Of a DNA stretch of 64,000 nt, positions 39,299-51,300 are shown piece after piece. The notes beneath the pieces were generated by a model. The model did no database searches and had not been told where the DNA came from. It saw only the letters and a program-made list of their open reading frames with translations. The translations under genes and the position numbers were made by a program. The DNA lies in assembly GCA_964566145.1 (NCBI GenBank), contig CAZMHN010000001.1, positions 16,945-80,944 on the forward strand. The letters are read 5' to 3'. Source of the stretch: an uncultured Gammaproteobacteria bacterium. GTDB taxonomy: Bacteria > Patescibacteriota > Patescibacteriia > Veblenbacterales > UBA10138. Numbering within the stretch: position 1 is the first letter of the stretch; every line of letters starts with the position of its first letter.

Positions 39299-41254
39299 CT
39301 AGAATCTGAGCTTACTATTAAAATCGACTACGGCATTGAACTCAGCCTCGGTCAGCACCTTCTCCCCAAGGCTCTGGTGTGCCGTGATGACCTGCGCCAC
39401 GGGCTTTTCCTGTTCTATGCTCTCCCGCCCGAGGGCAATGTACTGGCGATAGACCGGGCTCATGTGCCAAGCCTTCACCGCCTCAATGCGCCTGGCGATC
39501 GACGTTTCCCCGATGAGATCTATCTTGGCGCGTACCTTACGGAATGCCTCGGTCGGCGTGGCGCCCAGACGGCGGAAATCGACCAATGAAAGCGTCATGA
39601 GCTCATCGAGAGGACCCACCACCTTAGGCGGGGCTTTCACGTCCATAAGCTGAGGACGCACCGTCTCGCGCGTCGAGGCGGCTACCGCAGGCGCTTTGGT
39701 CTGTAGCTCCCTGAGCATCTGCTGGCGCCACTCCTCGGCCTTCCCGGCATCGAAAGCCGGCGCGGACGGCCTCTGCGGGGGCGCGGATGCGCCCAGCGGC
39801 GGGCGGGGGGGCAACGGAGCGCCTGCTGGCGGGGCTACCGGCTCCGCCTGCGGCTTCACTTCGCCCCTTGTCAAGCGTTCGCCGAATTCGCGCTTGGCCG
39901 ATTCCATTATGCCTATGACCTGCTCAGCCTTGCTTGATTCCAGAGCCAAGCCGCCGGTCTCGGCCGGCTTCAACAGCGCCTCGCGCACCTCCACAGTCCC
40001 GCGGACATCTTTGAGGCGCGACACGAACAGCTGAATGAACCGCCGCTTATTCACGTCATCCTTGAAAGCCAGGCTGTTCTTCTGTATCACTTCATCGGCA
40101 TAGCGCCGCAACTCCTGTTCCAATGTCAAAGACCCCTCCGTCTTCTCACGGTGCTTATCAGCCTCGCGCTCATCCTCCAGGTCGAAGAAGAACGCCGGTC
40201 GGGCCGTCTTCATGGCCTGTGGCGTGGGCTGAAGCGGCACAATAGGCAAGGTTTCCGGAGGCGGCACGAACTTGGTCGGCACTACGGGCTGGGGAGAGGG
40301 TATGCCTCCCTCCGTCTGTTCAGCCGGCTGGCTGGGTGCGGGAGGAGCCAACGACAAAGATGTTCTCTCCTCGACCAGCTCTCGCTCGGTCATCGGAATA
40401 ACAGGTTGTCGTGTTTGGCTCACTGGCGGAACTTGCACACCGATAGTCTGTTCCTGTTCTTCTCCCGGCGTCTCAGCCGCGCTCCGCGCTCCGCCGGCAT
40501 TCCTTATCTTATCAATTATGTCGTCCGGTTCTTTAGGCAGAGTGCGCACCTGGCCTTTGTCTAAAATCACCTTTTCCCCCTGATTCACGAAGGTAACGCG
40601 CTCCTCGAGCCCCTCTGGCGTAAGCGACGACAATTGCAAGTAGTCAAACAAACCCAGCAGAGAACGCAAAACTGCACGCTGTGCGCCATCTAGCGCCATA
40701 ACGGCGGAGTTCTGGCTCAAATACTGCCCGCGCTTATAGGCGTCGATGGTGCTGGCGCCGGCGAAGTTCCTGTAATCGCGCAACCAATCTCCTACGGTGC
40801 GCACCGCTTGAGATTCATTCGTCTTGTCGCCAAGCGATTCCACGTTTTCCATGAGGGCTTGGACCAGCTGTTTCTTGTGCGCATCGCGCTGTTCATGCAG
40901 AATAATCCCGACCAGCCTGGCTTCCACCTTATCCTGCACATCCATATCAACATCCGTCAGGCCCGTCAGCGCTCCGTCACGGAAAAGCTCTACGGCATCT
41001 TTATCCAACAGAAAAGGCAGGCATAAAAATCCAAGCCGCTTTCTGAGTTTCTGATAGGTCATCCACAGCGACTGCTCCTGCTTTAGGCCTGTTGCCCCAG
41101 CCAAAGCTTGCGAAAGCGCCTTCCATAACTCATACCCCTTCGCCATGTCGCCCTGGCCGACGACAAAATCAACGTATCGGCCCAACAGATCGCAAAAATC
41201 CGTTGAGGATAAACGCTGAGCCAGTGCTTGGCTTGAAAAATTATCCTCCGGCAT
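39299..41254 (-). CDS. Hypothetical soluble protein with Pro-rich linkers in the T4SS-like operon.
   Basis: 651 aa. No TM helix and no Walker motifs. Two PxxP-rich low-complexity stretches. Confidence 0.5.
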   Translation of the reverse strand: MPEDNFSSQALAQRLSSTDFCDLLGRYVDFVVGQGDMAKGYELWKALSQALAGATGLKQEQSLWMTYQKLRKRLGFLCLPFLLDKDAVELFRDGALTGLTDVDMDVQDKVEARLVGIILHEQRDAHKKQLVQALMENVESLGDKTNESQAVRTVGDWLRDYRNFAGASTIDAYKRGQYLSQNSAVMALDGAQRAVLRSLLGLFDYLQLSSLTPEGLEERVTFVNQGEKVILDKGQVRTLPKEPDDIIDKIRNAGGARSAAETPGEEQEQTIGVQVPPVSQTRQPVIPMTERELVEERTSLSLAPPAPSQPAEQTEGGIPSPQPVVPTKFVPPPETLPIVPLQPTPQAMKTARPAFFFDLEDEREADKHREKTEGSLTLEQELRRYADEVIQKNSLAFKDDVNKRRFIQLFVSRLKDVRGTVEVREALLKPAETGGLALESSKAEQVIGIMESAKREFGERLTRGEVKPQAEPVAPPAGAPLPPRPPLGASAPPQRPSAPAFDAGKAEEWRQQMLRELQTKAPAVAASTRETVRPQLMDVKAPPKVVGPLDELMTLSLVDFRRLGATPTEAFRKVRAKIDLIGETSIARRIEAVKAWHMSPVYRQYIALGRESIEQEKPVAQVITAHQSLGEKVLTEAEFNAVVDFNSKLRF

Positions 41255-41255
41255 A

Positions 41256-44200
41256 CTAAACGGACCTACCTTTCATAATATTCTCAATGTTCGCAAACGC
41301 GCCTTCGCCTTCTCCAGTGCCTGCGAATTCCTTCAGCTCATCCAAAAATTCCCCGTATTCTTTCAACTTATCCGGACTCACAAAACCCTTCCGCGCAAGC
41401 TCCTCAAGCTGTTGCACGTTGTCGCCTGACGTCAGGTTGACCGCCAGGTTCACATTGAAGCGCTCTTTCTTCAATTGCTCCCGCATGCCCTCCCATTTCT
41501 CTACGAAATAGGCCTTGCCGAAATCATTTATCTGAAAGCCCCTCTGTCCGCTCACGGCGTACGCCTTGGCGCGCTCTTCGGCTGAGACATCAGGCGGCAG
41601 GTCAGGGGCCGGAGTTTCTGAACCCCAGGCCAGCCTGTTGGCTTCGCGCAAGAACCTTTCAAAGTCCACCTTGCGAACTTCGGCGAGGACCTCCTTCATC
41701 CTGTCGCCTTCATCCTGCCACTCCATTTTTCCGTTCTCTACTTTCACAGCCCTGGCGGCGCCCCAGTGCTTCACGCCCTCCGCTATATAGCTCGCGTCAC
41801 TGCCTATGGAAAGCGCCTGTTCTCGAGCCATGCCCAATTTCTTGATGAATATCTCCTCAATGAACTGGCGCATGCCGGTGGCGTCCGATTTGAAACCGAA
41901 TTCGTTCTGTATCTCATTCTCGTTCCCATACTTGGTGGCCTTCAGGTATGCGGCCGCGGCCCTGGTTGTATCGCCGACTTCAATCGCGTCTCTCATTATT
42001 TTATGGAGCTCCTGCCAGTTGTCAGTCTGCATCTCGCTCATCTCTTTGTTGATCTCAGTCCGCTGCTCACGGCGAATCTCATAATCGGTCGCCGGGGCGT
42101 ACTCGTTGGCTTGCCGCAATTCTTCCTGCATCTCTTCATTGAGTTTGGCGATGCGTCCGGCCGCAGCCGCCCTGTCCACCTCGCTCGTGTATGAACTTTT
42201 TGCATCCGCCTCGGCCTCGTCTGCCTCATGGCGCAGCTTCGTCACCCGCGCCGCCTTATCCGATTTTTCTTCGGCCGAAAGCCCAGGATGCTGAAGGCCT
42301 CCTATGAGCGCTTCCACTCGGCGTATCTCTTTGTCATCTCCTGCCAAAGCCTCTTGTTGTTGTTTAGGCAACAGCCCTTGAATCCTCAGCTGCCTCGCCT
42401 TAGCCTCGCGCGCCTGTTGCAGGCTAACGAGTTTCTGCGTGAGTTCCTCAAGCCGCTTGTTGCGGGTTTCCATTTGATCAGGCAACAAACCCTTATTATC
42501 GGAAATGGCTTTGGCCTGCTGGCGCTTGCTCATGGCCAGCCCCACCAAGCGCTCCCGCTCCATCCGCTCGACCTCTGCGGGACTCTTGCCCTCATACTGG
42601 CTGAAGCTCGCAGCGTACTGCTGTTTCTTCTTTTCGACTGCTTTCTGGATTTCATCTGCTTCTTTCATCAGCTTGGTCTTCGCTTTCGTATCATCCGTAG
42701 CCCCGGCCAACTCCACCTTTTTCCCGTACTCTTTTTCCAATCTAGCAATGTCTTTCTTCTCGCGTTCCATCTTCTGGAAAATCACATCAGACTTGTTCGG
42801 CTTTGCCTTGCCGGAAAGAGCCGCCATTTGCTGCCTTATCTCGTCGGCGCGTTGTTTGTGCCTGAGGTATGTCTTTCCGGTAATATCCCCTGCTCGGAAT
42901 GAGGCGACCTTGCCCAAATTCTTCAGATTCCACTGATGGGTAAACAGATGGGCGGGCGAGCCAAGCGCCTGCAGTACCCTGCCCTTCTCCACCCTGTCCA
43001 AATACACCGACTGCTGTCTGGTCACGCGGTCGGAGGCGCGCTTGGCCACGCCCTTTTGCCAGCCCTCCTTCCATTTCTTGAGCGATCCCTCAACACCCAA
43101 TCGCGATGTGGCCTCTTCCCACAAGAACTTGCCAGTACCCTTCGCCCCCTTGCCGGCCAACACGGCCGCCCCGCCAGCCAGTCTCAATGGCGCCTTGGCA
43201 ATTGAGGCTCCGGCGCCTTGAATCTTGGCCATGGCCTTGCCCGCCAGCTGACCGCCCATCACTCCCAACTGCTGGGTCATCCACAAGCCGCCCATCAGAA
43301 GGATTATGTTGACGATGAAAGACAGCAGCACTTCGGACTGTCCAATCTCAGTTATGGCCGCCGCGGGAATGCTAAGGTCATCCACTCCCGCGGCCTGATT
43401 GGCCGTGAAATCCCCGAGAGCATTAGTGCTGAACTGCATCACTGCCAAAGACAGCCACAGGAAGAATGCCAGAATCGGTCCGGTCGAAGCGTACCTGCCA
43501 AACTGATCCCACCACATTGATGAGTACTTCTTGGCGTCGCCCGGGAAAGCCGAGAGTACGTAAGCTATGGGTGAGACAATGACGAGGAACCACAGCGCCA
43601 CGATGCGGATTAGGAACACCATGAGATACACCGCCACCACAACAGTGGTGATGATTATGGTGATAAGCGCCAGCATGGCGGCAAACAAGAACGACTCGCC
43701 GCTCGCCTCGGACGTTCCCTGCTCCGCGAATTTGAATATCTCGGCCAAGTGGAACCCCTGTACAAAGTTGCCTGCGGCGGCCTCCTTGAACCCGTTCACG
43801 AAAGTGAGCATGACCACCTGGGCCACGTCGATGAAGAAACCCGTGATAGCCTTGGAGAAATTTACCAGCACGGCCATGATGAGGAGCTTGCCCAGGAGCT
43901 TCTTGTACTGGTACTCCTCGATGCGGAACACACTGCCAAAGGCGATAAGCAGCAGAATGACGACGAAGAACATGTTGGATATGTCCCTCACGATGACCCA
44001 TCCCTTCTTCACCGCCTCGGCGTTGATGAAATCGTTGTATTGCGCCACCTCTATGAGGAGCCCAATGAGCGTGAGGGTGAGCTTGCCCAAAAAGCTGGCA
44101 ATGGCCAAAATGATGCCTGCAAAAAATCCCGCCACCGCACTGGCGATTTGAGCATTGGCCGCCACGGGAACGAGCGCCGCCAGCACCGCAAGCACCGCCA

Positions 44201-44273
44201 TGGCGGTAAGCCAGGCGGGTCGGTGCGCTATGCGGCGAGCGTATGCTGCCAATCGGGCGAATGTACTGCCCAT
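41256..44273 (-). CDS. VirB6/TrbL-like polytopic membrane protein with a roughly 600-aa charged coiled-coil C-terminal extension.
   Basis: 1005 aa. Signal/TM, then about 8 TM helices in the first 400 aa. K/E/Q/R-rich heptad-like tail. Confidence 0.7.
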   Translation of the reverse strand: MGSTFARLAAYARRIAHRPAWLTAMAVLAVLAALVPVAANAQIASAVAGFFAGIILAIASFLGKLTLTLIGLLIEVAQYNDFINAEAVKKGWVIVRDISNMFFVVILLLIAFGSVFRIEEYQYKKLLGKLLIMAVLVNFSKAITGFFIDVAQVVMLTFVNGFKEAAAGNFVQGFHLAEIFKFAEQGTSEASGESFLFAAMLALITIIITTVVVAVYLMVFLIRIVALWFLVIVSPIAYVLSAFPGDAKKYSSMWWDQFGRYASTGPILAFFLWLSLAVMQFSTNALGDFTANQAAGVDDLSIPAAAITEIGQSEVLLSFIVNIILLMGGLWMTQQLGVMGGQLAGKAMAKIQGAGASIAKAPLRLAGGAAVLAGKGAKGTGKFLWEEATSRLGVEGSLKKWKEGWQKGVAKRASDRVTRQQSVYLDRVEKGRVLQALGSPAHLFTHQWNLKNLGKVASFRAGDITGKTYLRHKQRADEIRQQMAALSGKAKPNKSDVIFQKMEREKKDIARLEKEYGKKVELAGATDDTKAKTKLMKEADEIQKAVEKKKQQYAASFSQYEGKSPAEVERMERERLVGLAMSKRQQAKAISDNKGLLPDQMETRNKRLEELTQKLVSLQQAREAKARQLRIQGLLPKQQQEALAGDDKEIRRVEALIGGLQHPGLSAEEKSDKAARVTKLRHEADEAEADAKSSYTSEVDRAAAAGRIAKLNEEMQEELRQANEYAPATDYEIRREQRTEINKEMSEMQTDNWQELHKIMRDAIEVGDTTRAAAAYLKATKYGNENEIQNEFGFKSDATGMRQFIEEIFIKKLGMAREQALSIGSDASYIAEGVKHWGAARAVKVENGKMEWQDEGDRMKEVLAEVRKVDFERFLREANRLAWGSETPAPDLPPDVSAEERAKAYAVSGQRGFQINDFGKAYFVEKWEGMREQLKKERFNVNLAVNLTSGDNVQQLEELARKGFVSPDKLKEYGEFLDELKEFAGTGEGEGAFANIENIMKGRSV

Positions 44274-44419
44274 GGGGTTCGTTTTAGATGGGACGGCCGA
44301 TAATTCTAACGGCCAATGTATTACGTGGCTAAATCCTAAGGAATTTTATCACGTTCATGCCTAAAAAGATATATATATTATAGCATAAATTACTCCTTTG
44401 TGCAAGAATACATAAATCA

Positions 44420-44448
44420 TTGACAGCTATTCGTCGAGGCCATAGGCT
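44420..44448 (+). promoter_or_regulatory. Candidate promoter (TTGACA-N17-TAGGCT) in an AT-rich divergent regulatory region.
   Basis: Within the 44274-44496 AT-rich spacer. The downstream gene has an AAAGGAGG RBS. Confidence 0.4.
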
Positions 44449-44496
44449 TGAGGCAAACTAAAACCAACAACAGTAATTTAACAAAAGGAGGCGCCT

Positions 44497-45255
44497 ATGG
44501 AACGCCGCATGATTTGCATGCTTATGGCATGTCTCACTGCACTGGCAATCGCCGCAGGCGGATGCGGCAAAGACGGCGACGGCCCGACCGACCCCTCGCC
44601 GACCCCTGAAAAGCCGGTGCCAGCATCCATTTCATTCTTGGACGAGGGCCCGAACCTTGTCTACTACCGCAACGGCAACTCCATTACCATCAAGGAGCGC
44701 GACAGCATGTACTTCCGCTGCTTCTCATACGATGCCAGCGGAAACATCACCCGGGATACGGTATTCAACGTACTTACATCATCGAACGCCCCCTGCGCCA
44801 TCTACTCCAGGCGTGATTACTACAACTGGCCGTACAAGGTCATGATAACCGGCTCGCTCCCGAGCAGTGCACTCTTGGCAAATACGGCTATCTTATCTGA
44901 AGTACATACTCCGAACAAACAGCCTGTGTCCCACACGCTCAACATTACCGTTACCAAGCGATACATAACCTCGGATACGGAAGTTTGGGGCTTCTCGTCC
45001 TTTCCCTACACCTACGAATCGACCATGTACTTTTTCCAAATCGGCGATTCATTGATATGTGTCGACCGTAACCCTACTGGCAAGGGGCGCGTACAGCAGG
45101 GCCTGCTCCGCTTTGACTGCTCGTTTCCACATCAGCCACCGAGGTCTGACGACATCAAATACTTCGTTGTCAGGTTCACGAACATGAATCAGGCCAACGG
45201 CATGGCCTACAGATTCAACGGCGATTCAATACAAGTCAAGCTGACCCGCAGATAA
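44497..45255 (+). CDS. Lipoprotein, hypothetical.
   Basis: Lipobox LAIAAGGC. 252 aa. It is the only plus-strand gene inside the locus. Confidence 0.6.
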   Translation: MERRMICMLMACLTALAIAAGGCGKDGDGPTDPSPTPEKPVPASISFLDEGPNLVYYRNGNSITIKERDSMYFRCFSYDASGNITRDTVFNVLTSSNAPCAIYSRRDYYNWPYKVMITGSLPSSALLANTAILSEVHTPNKQPVSHTLNITVTKRYITSDTEVWGFSSFPYTYESTMYFFQIGDSLICVDRNPTGKGRVQQGLLRFDCSFPHQPPRSDDIKYFVVRFTNMNQANGMAYRFNGDSIQVKLTRR

Positions 45256-45260
45256 CGAAC

Positions 45261-45300
45261 CCCCGTCCCATCGCACGCGATGGGACGGGGTATTTTATTT
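45261..45300 (+). terminator. Intrinsic terminator after the lipoprotein gene.
   Basis: ccccgtcccatcgc-ac-gcgatgggacgggg hairpin followed by tattttattt. Confidence 0.8.
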
Positions 45301-45310
45301 CTTAGACAAT

Positions 45311-48300
45311 CTACGAACCTGTGTTGTCTATGGTAATGGTTCCCCCGAATGGCAGCCAAGCGCCGATATTGCTCAGCTCACAGTCGTTCTTCCACATACC
45401 GCCCGCTCCCCCTCGGCACCACTCCCAGTTGTCCTGAACCAGCACCTTAGGCGCGAACGTGCACGTTTCGCCTGACGGGCAGACGTAAACCTTGGTGAAG
45501 TTGAAATAACCGGTAACCGCAGACGTATCCTCAATGCACGCGCGCGGATCATCGCCCCAGTTATAACCAGCTTCTTCCGGTTCTTTGCAGTCATGCTTCC
45601 TGTTCTTGAATTTGCCCTGCGAGCCGGACAAAGGCGAGCCGTCGTCCCAATCCACCAGCACTCTATTCAAAGGCATTTGTTCTCCGTTCGGATTGTAGGC
45701 GTAGAACGCCACCGACACGCCGTCGCCTGAGTCAATGGTCAAGTTACTGCCTGGCGCGTAAGCCCTGCCGCCGGAAACTATGGTGAACCCAGCCCCTCCT
45801 CCCTCGCCTGTGGGGCGGCCAAGATTATCGAACAATACCGGCTTTATCTCCGGGGCCGCCGGCACGCCAGGGGCCAAGGACCCCAGGGCACTGCCGCTGA
45901 CGTCGCTATCGGTCATGAGCCTGTCCCACCGGTTGTCCTGGTACCTGTACCTATTGAATTCCTTGGCAAAAATCTCGTTCAAACTCTCGCGCCCGGCCGT
46001 CCCGGTGTTGGAATTCATGCCGGTCAAATTCTCGCATGTCCCGCCTCCGGAACAGCTGGAATTATTGAGACAGCTCTCCCCGTCGCGCGCACCGCCGTTG
46101 CATATGCCGCTGAAGTAACCCATGCATATGCCGGAGTTATAAGTGTCGCTACAGTAAGATGAATTGTCGCAATTCTGGTACAGCCTGTCCGCTCGGCCGG
46201 CAATGCACATGCCGGCGTTACCCGTACCTGTCGGCGGCACGCACGTTCCGGTGGACGGAGGAGCTACGGTACAGCTGGTATAGGCAGGCGTGGCGCAGTC
46301 ACTGTTTATCTCGCAGGGTGCACCGCCGGCCGTACATTGGCCCCAGACGCCATTACCAGGGTCTTCGCCCTCGCATGTATTCGCCGGACAATCAGAATCA
46401 GCCTGACAGCTTGCCCCTCCCACATTGCATGAGCCACCCAACTGAATAGTACACTCCGCATCGTCAACACAAGACCTGCCTATGGAATTACTGCAGGTGC
46501 CGGCGTTGCTTGCCGCGACCGTACCGCAATTCCCAGAGCAAGAATACGGCGTGGAAATCTTCAGCACCTGCCTGCCTCCTATGGAAACCTGCTGATTGCT
46601 GTCTGTCACGTACATGAGCTGGCCGGTAGGCGTGCCGCTCAAAGGAAGCTTGCCGTAGAAAGCGTCCGGACGGTAGTTCCAGAAGTTCAATGTGCTGGGC
46701 GGCACGTTGTAATCCGTGCGCCTGAGCACTCTGTCGGTCCAGGCTTTGTCAGACACGTTGGTAGAGGTCTGAACTGTTTCAGTGCAGTACTCCCTTAGCC
46801 TAATACCTGTAGTCATCGTGGCGCCGCCTGAGTCACCCGAACCGTCACCCACCATGACGTTGTAGCCTAGGAAGGCCTTAGTAGCCGCATTGAAAACTGC
46901 TTTGATAACGGCATAGTCATCCGGACCGCCGATACAGCTACTAGGGCCTGCTGGAGCCTGCAAAGCATCACCGCTAAGGCTGTTGCAAGCCGCGGTCACT
47001 GACGGGGTTCCGCTGGAACCGCCGCCGCACCAGCTGCTATCCTCATCCAATTGGAAATTACCATTGATGTACTGCCCGCCGCCCAGGCCGCTACCGTAAT
47101 ATCCAACCATGTGCACGTCTATGCTTTCAACATCAGACAGAACTATGCCTTGCTCGCTGGTCTCTGCCGGCACATTGAACAACGCACAAGTGTTCACCGC
47201 GCCCGCAATTGTAAATCCTTCACCCGCGCAGTACCAGTTATCCCCGCCCACTACCCCCCATCGGCCTGACGGACATAGCTGGCCGTTATGTGCGCCCACG
47301 AGATAAGCTGATGTCCCTCCTTTCCGGTTGCCCTTGGCCTCACTGCAGTAGTAAGTACTGCCGCCCTGGTACCCGGCTTCGGGCGAGTAATCGTACACGG
47401 AGATCTCGCCCCCGACGGCGTCTGTCGGGTACCATGTCAAGCAGGCATAGTCCGTAGCGCTCCCGGCGTTGATGACGCGGGAAGTGTCTTTCTCGACGCA
47501 ATACCCGCTCTGGCCGTAGGCTATGTCACGCCGCTTTATTCTGCTCATGAGCGGGGCGCCGTCTATCCCTTCGTCCACCGCCACCATCTCGTCCACCTGG
47601 CTGGAACTTATGCTGTAGAACACCTGTTCTCCGCCTGAATAGGCCACACGCTGGTACGAACACTCGCACACCTCGCCAGGCTGGCACACGTTCGCCTGCG
47701 AGAACCCACTGGCCAGCCTCTCGGGCAACTCTATGTAATAATCGTCGCCTGGATTTGGACAGACGCCGCCCTGGCAAGGCGATTTCCATTCGCTGGCAAT
47801 GGCCGCGGGGAAAGGCGCGTCGGCCTGGGGATAAATACGGCACTGCCTGGGCGCCACATTATCCAGGAATTCACCCGGCCCTTCGCCGTTTATGCCCCTA
47901 TCGCGATACTCGCAGTAAGTGCCGTCGCTGCACCTGGACCCTAGCGTACTGCACTCCCGGCCAGCGACAGCCAAACCGTTGCAATACAGCCCGCCTGTCC
48001 TGTCCTGATAGGTCACCTTGTAATCCGGTCCCTGCTGGTCAGTGGAATAGTTCTTCTGCGTCAAGGCATCCAACGGGTACACGTTAGCCATTGAGTAGCC
48101 CGAATACTCTGGGTCGTCCCAGTTCCTGGGTTGGCGCTGATACCAAGCCAAACTATGGACCTGCGGGGTGGAATCATTCGGCTGCCAGCTTCCGCTGAGC
48201 CAGTTGCCGCACCGCGCAGATGATCCGGTGCCGGTGCCTGCCAGGCTGTTGCAGGCGCCCAGGCTGTAGCAAATGCTGTCGAAAGTGTTGGATTGCGGGT

Positions 48301-51300
48301 TCAGACGGGCCTGCTCGCTTTGGCAGGAAAGCCACTCGCCGCAAGTGCGGTCGCGGCGCACCTTGAGAACCACGTTGGAATCCGCATCGCCCGAGGCCTG
48401 CCCTACGCAAGTATCGACGCAGTCGGCATTGCCGGTGCAGGTCTGTCCCGGGATGTTACTGCAGGCCCTGCCTGTGGTAACCACCTGGTTGCAAGTGGGA
48501 GCCGAAGGCACGCACTCCAAAGACTGAGCCGAAGGCGTAGTGCAGGTCTGCAGCGGGTTATTGGAACAGCGGTTCACGTTGGTGTCCTCACACACAGGCT
48601 GGGGGGCCGTCCCGGAGTAGCAAATGTAAGGCACTGTTCCGCCGCACCGCGCCGTGTCTATTTGACAAGAGCACTGCGGGTACCTCCTGCAGTCAGCCTC
48701 GGTCGCAAAACACTGCGGTATGGACATTTGGAACGTGGGCAGGGACGACTTCGCCAGCGTATTGCAATCGCTGTTCGTTGTGCACATCTGCGTCGCGTCG
48801 TTGCTGCATACTCCGCGGTTAGCCAGGCACGACGGAGCGTTATTAACGCAGTCTATGGCAGTAGCGCACGTCCTGGCCCTGTCGTTGGAACAATAACCCT
48901 GAGTGGCGCTTCCCGTACTCTGGCATATGCCGCCGCAGTCAGCGTCGGCCTGACAGCTGGTCGCCGTGTTCCGACTGCATGTCCCTAAGGTGCCGGAGCC
49001 GGACGATACCGGGCTTACCAGCTGGTTGTTTTGATTGCGGCTGGCCGTGTAGGTCAAGCCGCTGCTCCAAATTGGGGCGGAACTCTTGGACAGATCATTA
49101 AACAGCACGCAACCTTCTTTCTCGCTCACCCTGCCGCTGCACGTGGTGGCGTCTATCCGTTCGTCATTCAGATAGTAATAGGTCTTCTTGGTCAGCCCGC
49201 CGTCGTAGAACGCAGTGCAACCGGCCTGGTCCGAAGGGCAAAGGTAGGCGTAGTCAATTGTTGACTGTTGCAGCGCCTCGTAATCGGTAAGCGTGCCCGG
49301 CAACTCCAGAATGCGCACGTCGTCCATGAGTATCTCCTGATTGGCCACGCAGGGTACGGCGGTACAACTTGGACGGTTATTGGTGACTAGCCCGACAGAC
49401 AATGAATCCACCCCCGGCTCGTCAACGCGTATGACGTAGCTCAGCGTTACCCATTGATCGCGCAAGGGATTGCGGGTCAGGGCCTTCACGCCCCCCACGA
49501 ACGTGTAGTGGTGACACGTACCGCCGGAACACGCACCGTTGACATACGCATGGTTCTCCACTGACCAAGGGTCTTCGGCTTCCGCATCAGCAGGCACCCA
49601 GACGCGCGCCGATATGGCGAAGAATCTGCGGCTATTCTCGCTCGAAGGCAAGGGTATATTGCTGGACCAGATACCCGAGTACTGCACATCCGCACTGCGG
49701 ACGCGCACTACAGTGCCTCCCCAATACCGGCCGTTCAACGAGTGCTCTGCGAACAGCTCCCCCACGTTGCTGTTTCTGGACCAGCTCGCGAATGAGTCGG
49801 GTTCACCGTCGCTCAGGCCCCCATCGTAGTTCTCGAAACTCGGGTTAGCCACCAAATTGCACGGCACGTCCGTGCCCTTCTTATACCAATCGTACCCGCG
49901 CTGTGTGTCGACTATCTTATATTCGCACAAGCGCTCCTTTGGGTCCTTGAAGTAATGGCTGGCTCCGGATGTGTCAGTGTACTCTTCGCACCCGTCCTGG
50001 CTCACGTCGCACAGCGGGCTTACTGGATTTGCAGCGTCGAACGTGTCGGGGTCAAGACGCATGAACACGTCGCTCCACTGAGTTATGTCGCCGCTTGCGT
50101 CCATGGTCGGATCGCCCACGCGGCGGCACCCGGCGTAACCCGCACTGCATATTTTTTTGCTGTCATACACGCGGTAAGCCACTTGGTCGGCCGGTACGCT
50201 CACGGATTGCCCTCCCACAGTGAATGTTTGTTCGCGCGGCGAGGAAGAATTCTGGGTGTTCACCAGCGCCTCACAGCCCGCGACTTCGTTGCGGCATATG
50301 CGCGAGAACCCCGTAAGCGCGACTTGCTGATTGCTCCTGGTACGGTAAGCACTGCACCGCAGGTGCAGGTTGGCATCGCAAGCCGACGGCATGTTCCATG
50401 AATTCTTACGCACGAAGAAGCTGTCCTGCACTTCGCGGAATTGTATGTTATCTATGTAGAACGGATCACCGTCGGAAGACCTGATCTCGAGCACCGCGTT
50501 CCCGGCGCTGGCCGAAACCTCGATTGGCCCAAGCGAGAAGAGCTGCCACTCGGTATAGTCCACCGGCACCTGAGCAAAGGCCCCTACTATGTTACCGTTG
50601 GAGGTTTGGAGCTCGGCGCCGACGTAGCCCGGCCCTGAATTGCGCCGTATCCAGAAAGTCAGCGTGTACTGCCTGCCCTGCTCCACCAGGCTTACGGGAT
50701 GGGTCATGGTGCCGTTGTAAGCGTCGTATGAGTGCCCGAACGCCGTGGTTGATTCGTTGGAGTTGGATCCCCCGGTCCATCCGGATGTCGGGCTGGAATC
50801 AGCGTTCACTCCCGCCTCCCTGTCGCCGAATGTTGACACCGGGAACACAAACCGCACATTGGAAGCGGTAGGACCCCTGAATTCGCGGCAACCTACAAAT
50901 TGCGCCGCGCACACCTTGCCTTGGGAAGGGATGGCGCGGTAGAAACAGAAATTGCCTTCCACGCTGCCGCCTGACGACGTACAGTCATTGGCCTCGAAGT
51001 TAACGCCTACCGTACCGGTACGGCGGTAACGGTTGCACTGCTCGGAGGCTGAGCGTGTTTTGGTGAAGAACCGGTAATGAGGATTCCCGTTCTGATCGTA
51101 GAACTCCTTGCAGTCCGGGTCCGAGGTCGGGTACGCTCCGCCCACTCGGCAGTCGCCGGAACCGTCCGTAGTGACCGGAGGCTGGCTCGCCCCTCCCTCG
51201 AGCTGCCAGGTTTTTAGCTGATACCCGGTAAGGTCGCTTCCCACCCAGGTATAGTAAGTGGCATCGCTCTCGCCGGGGCGTACGCACTGCCGGAGCTCTG

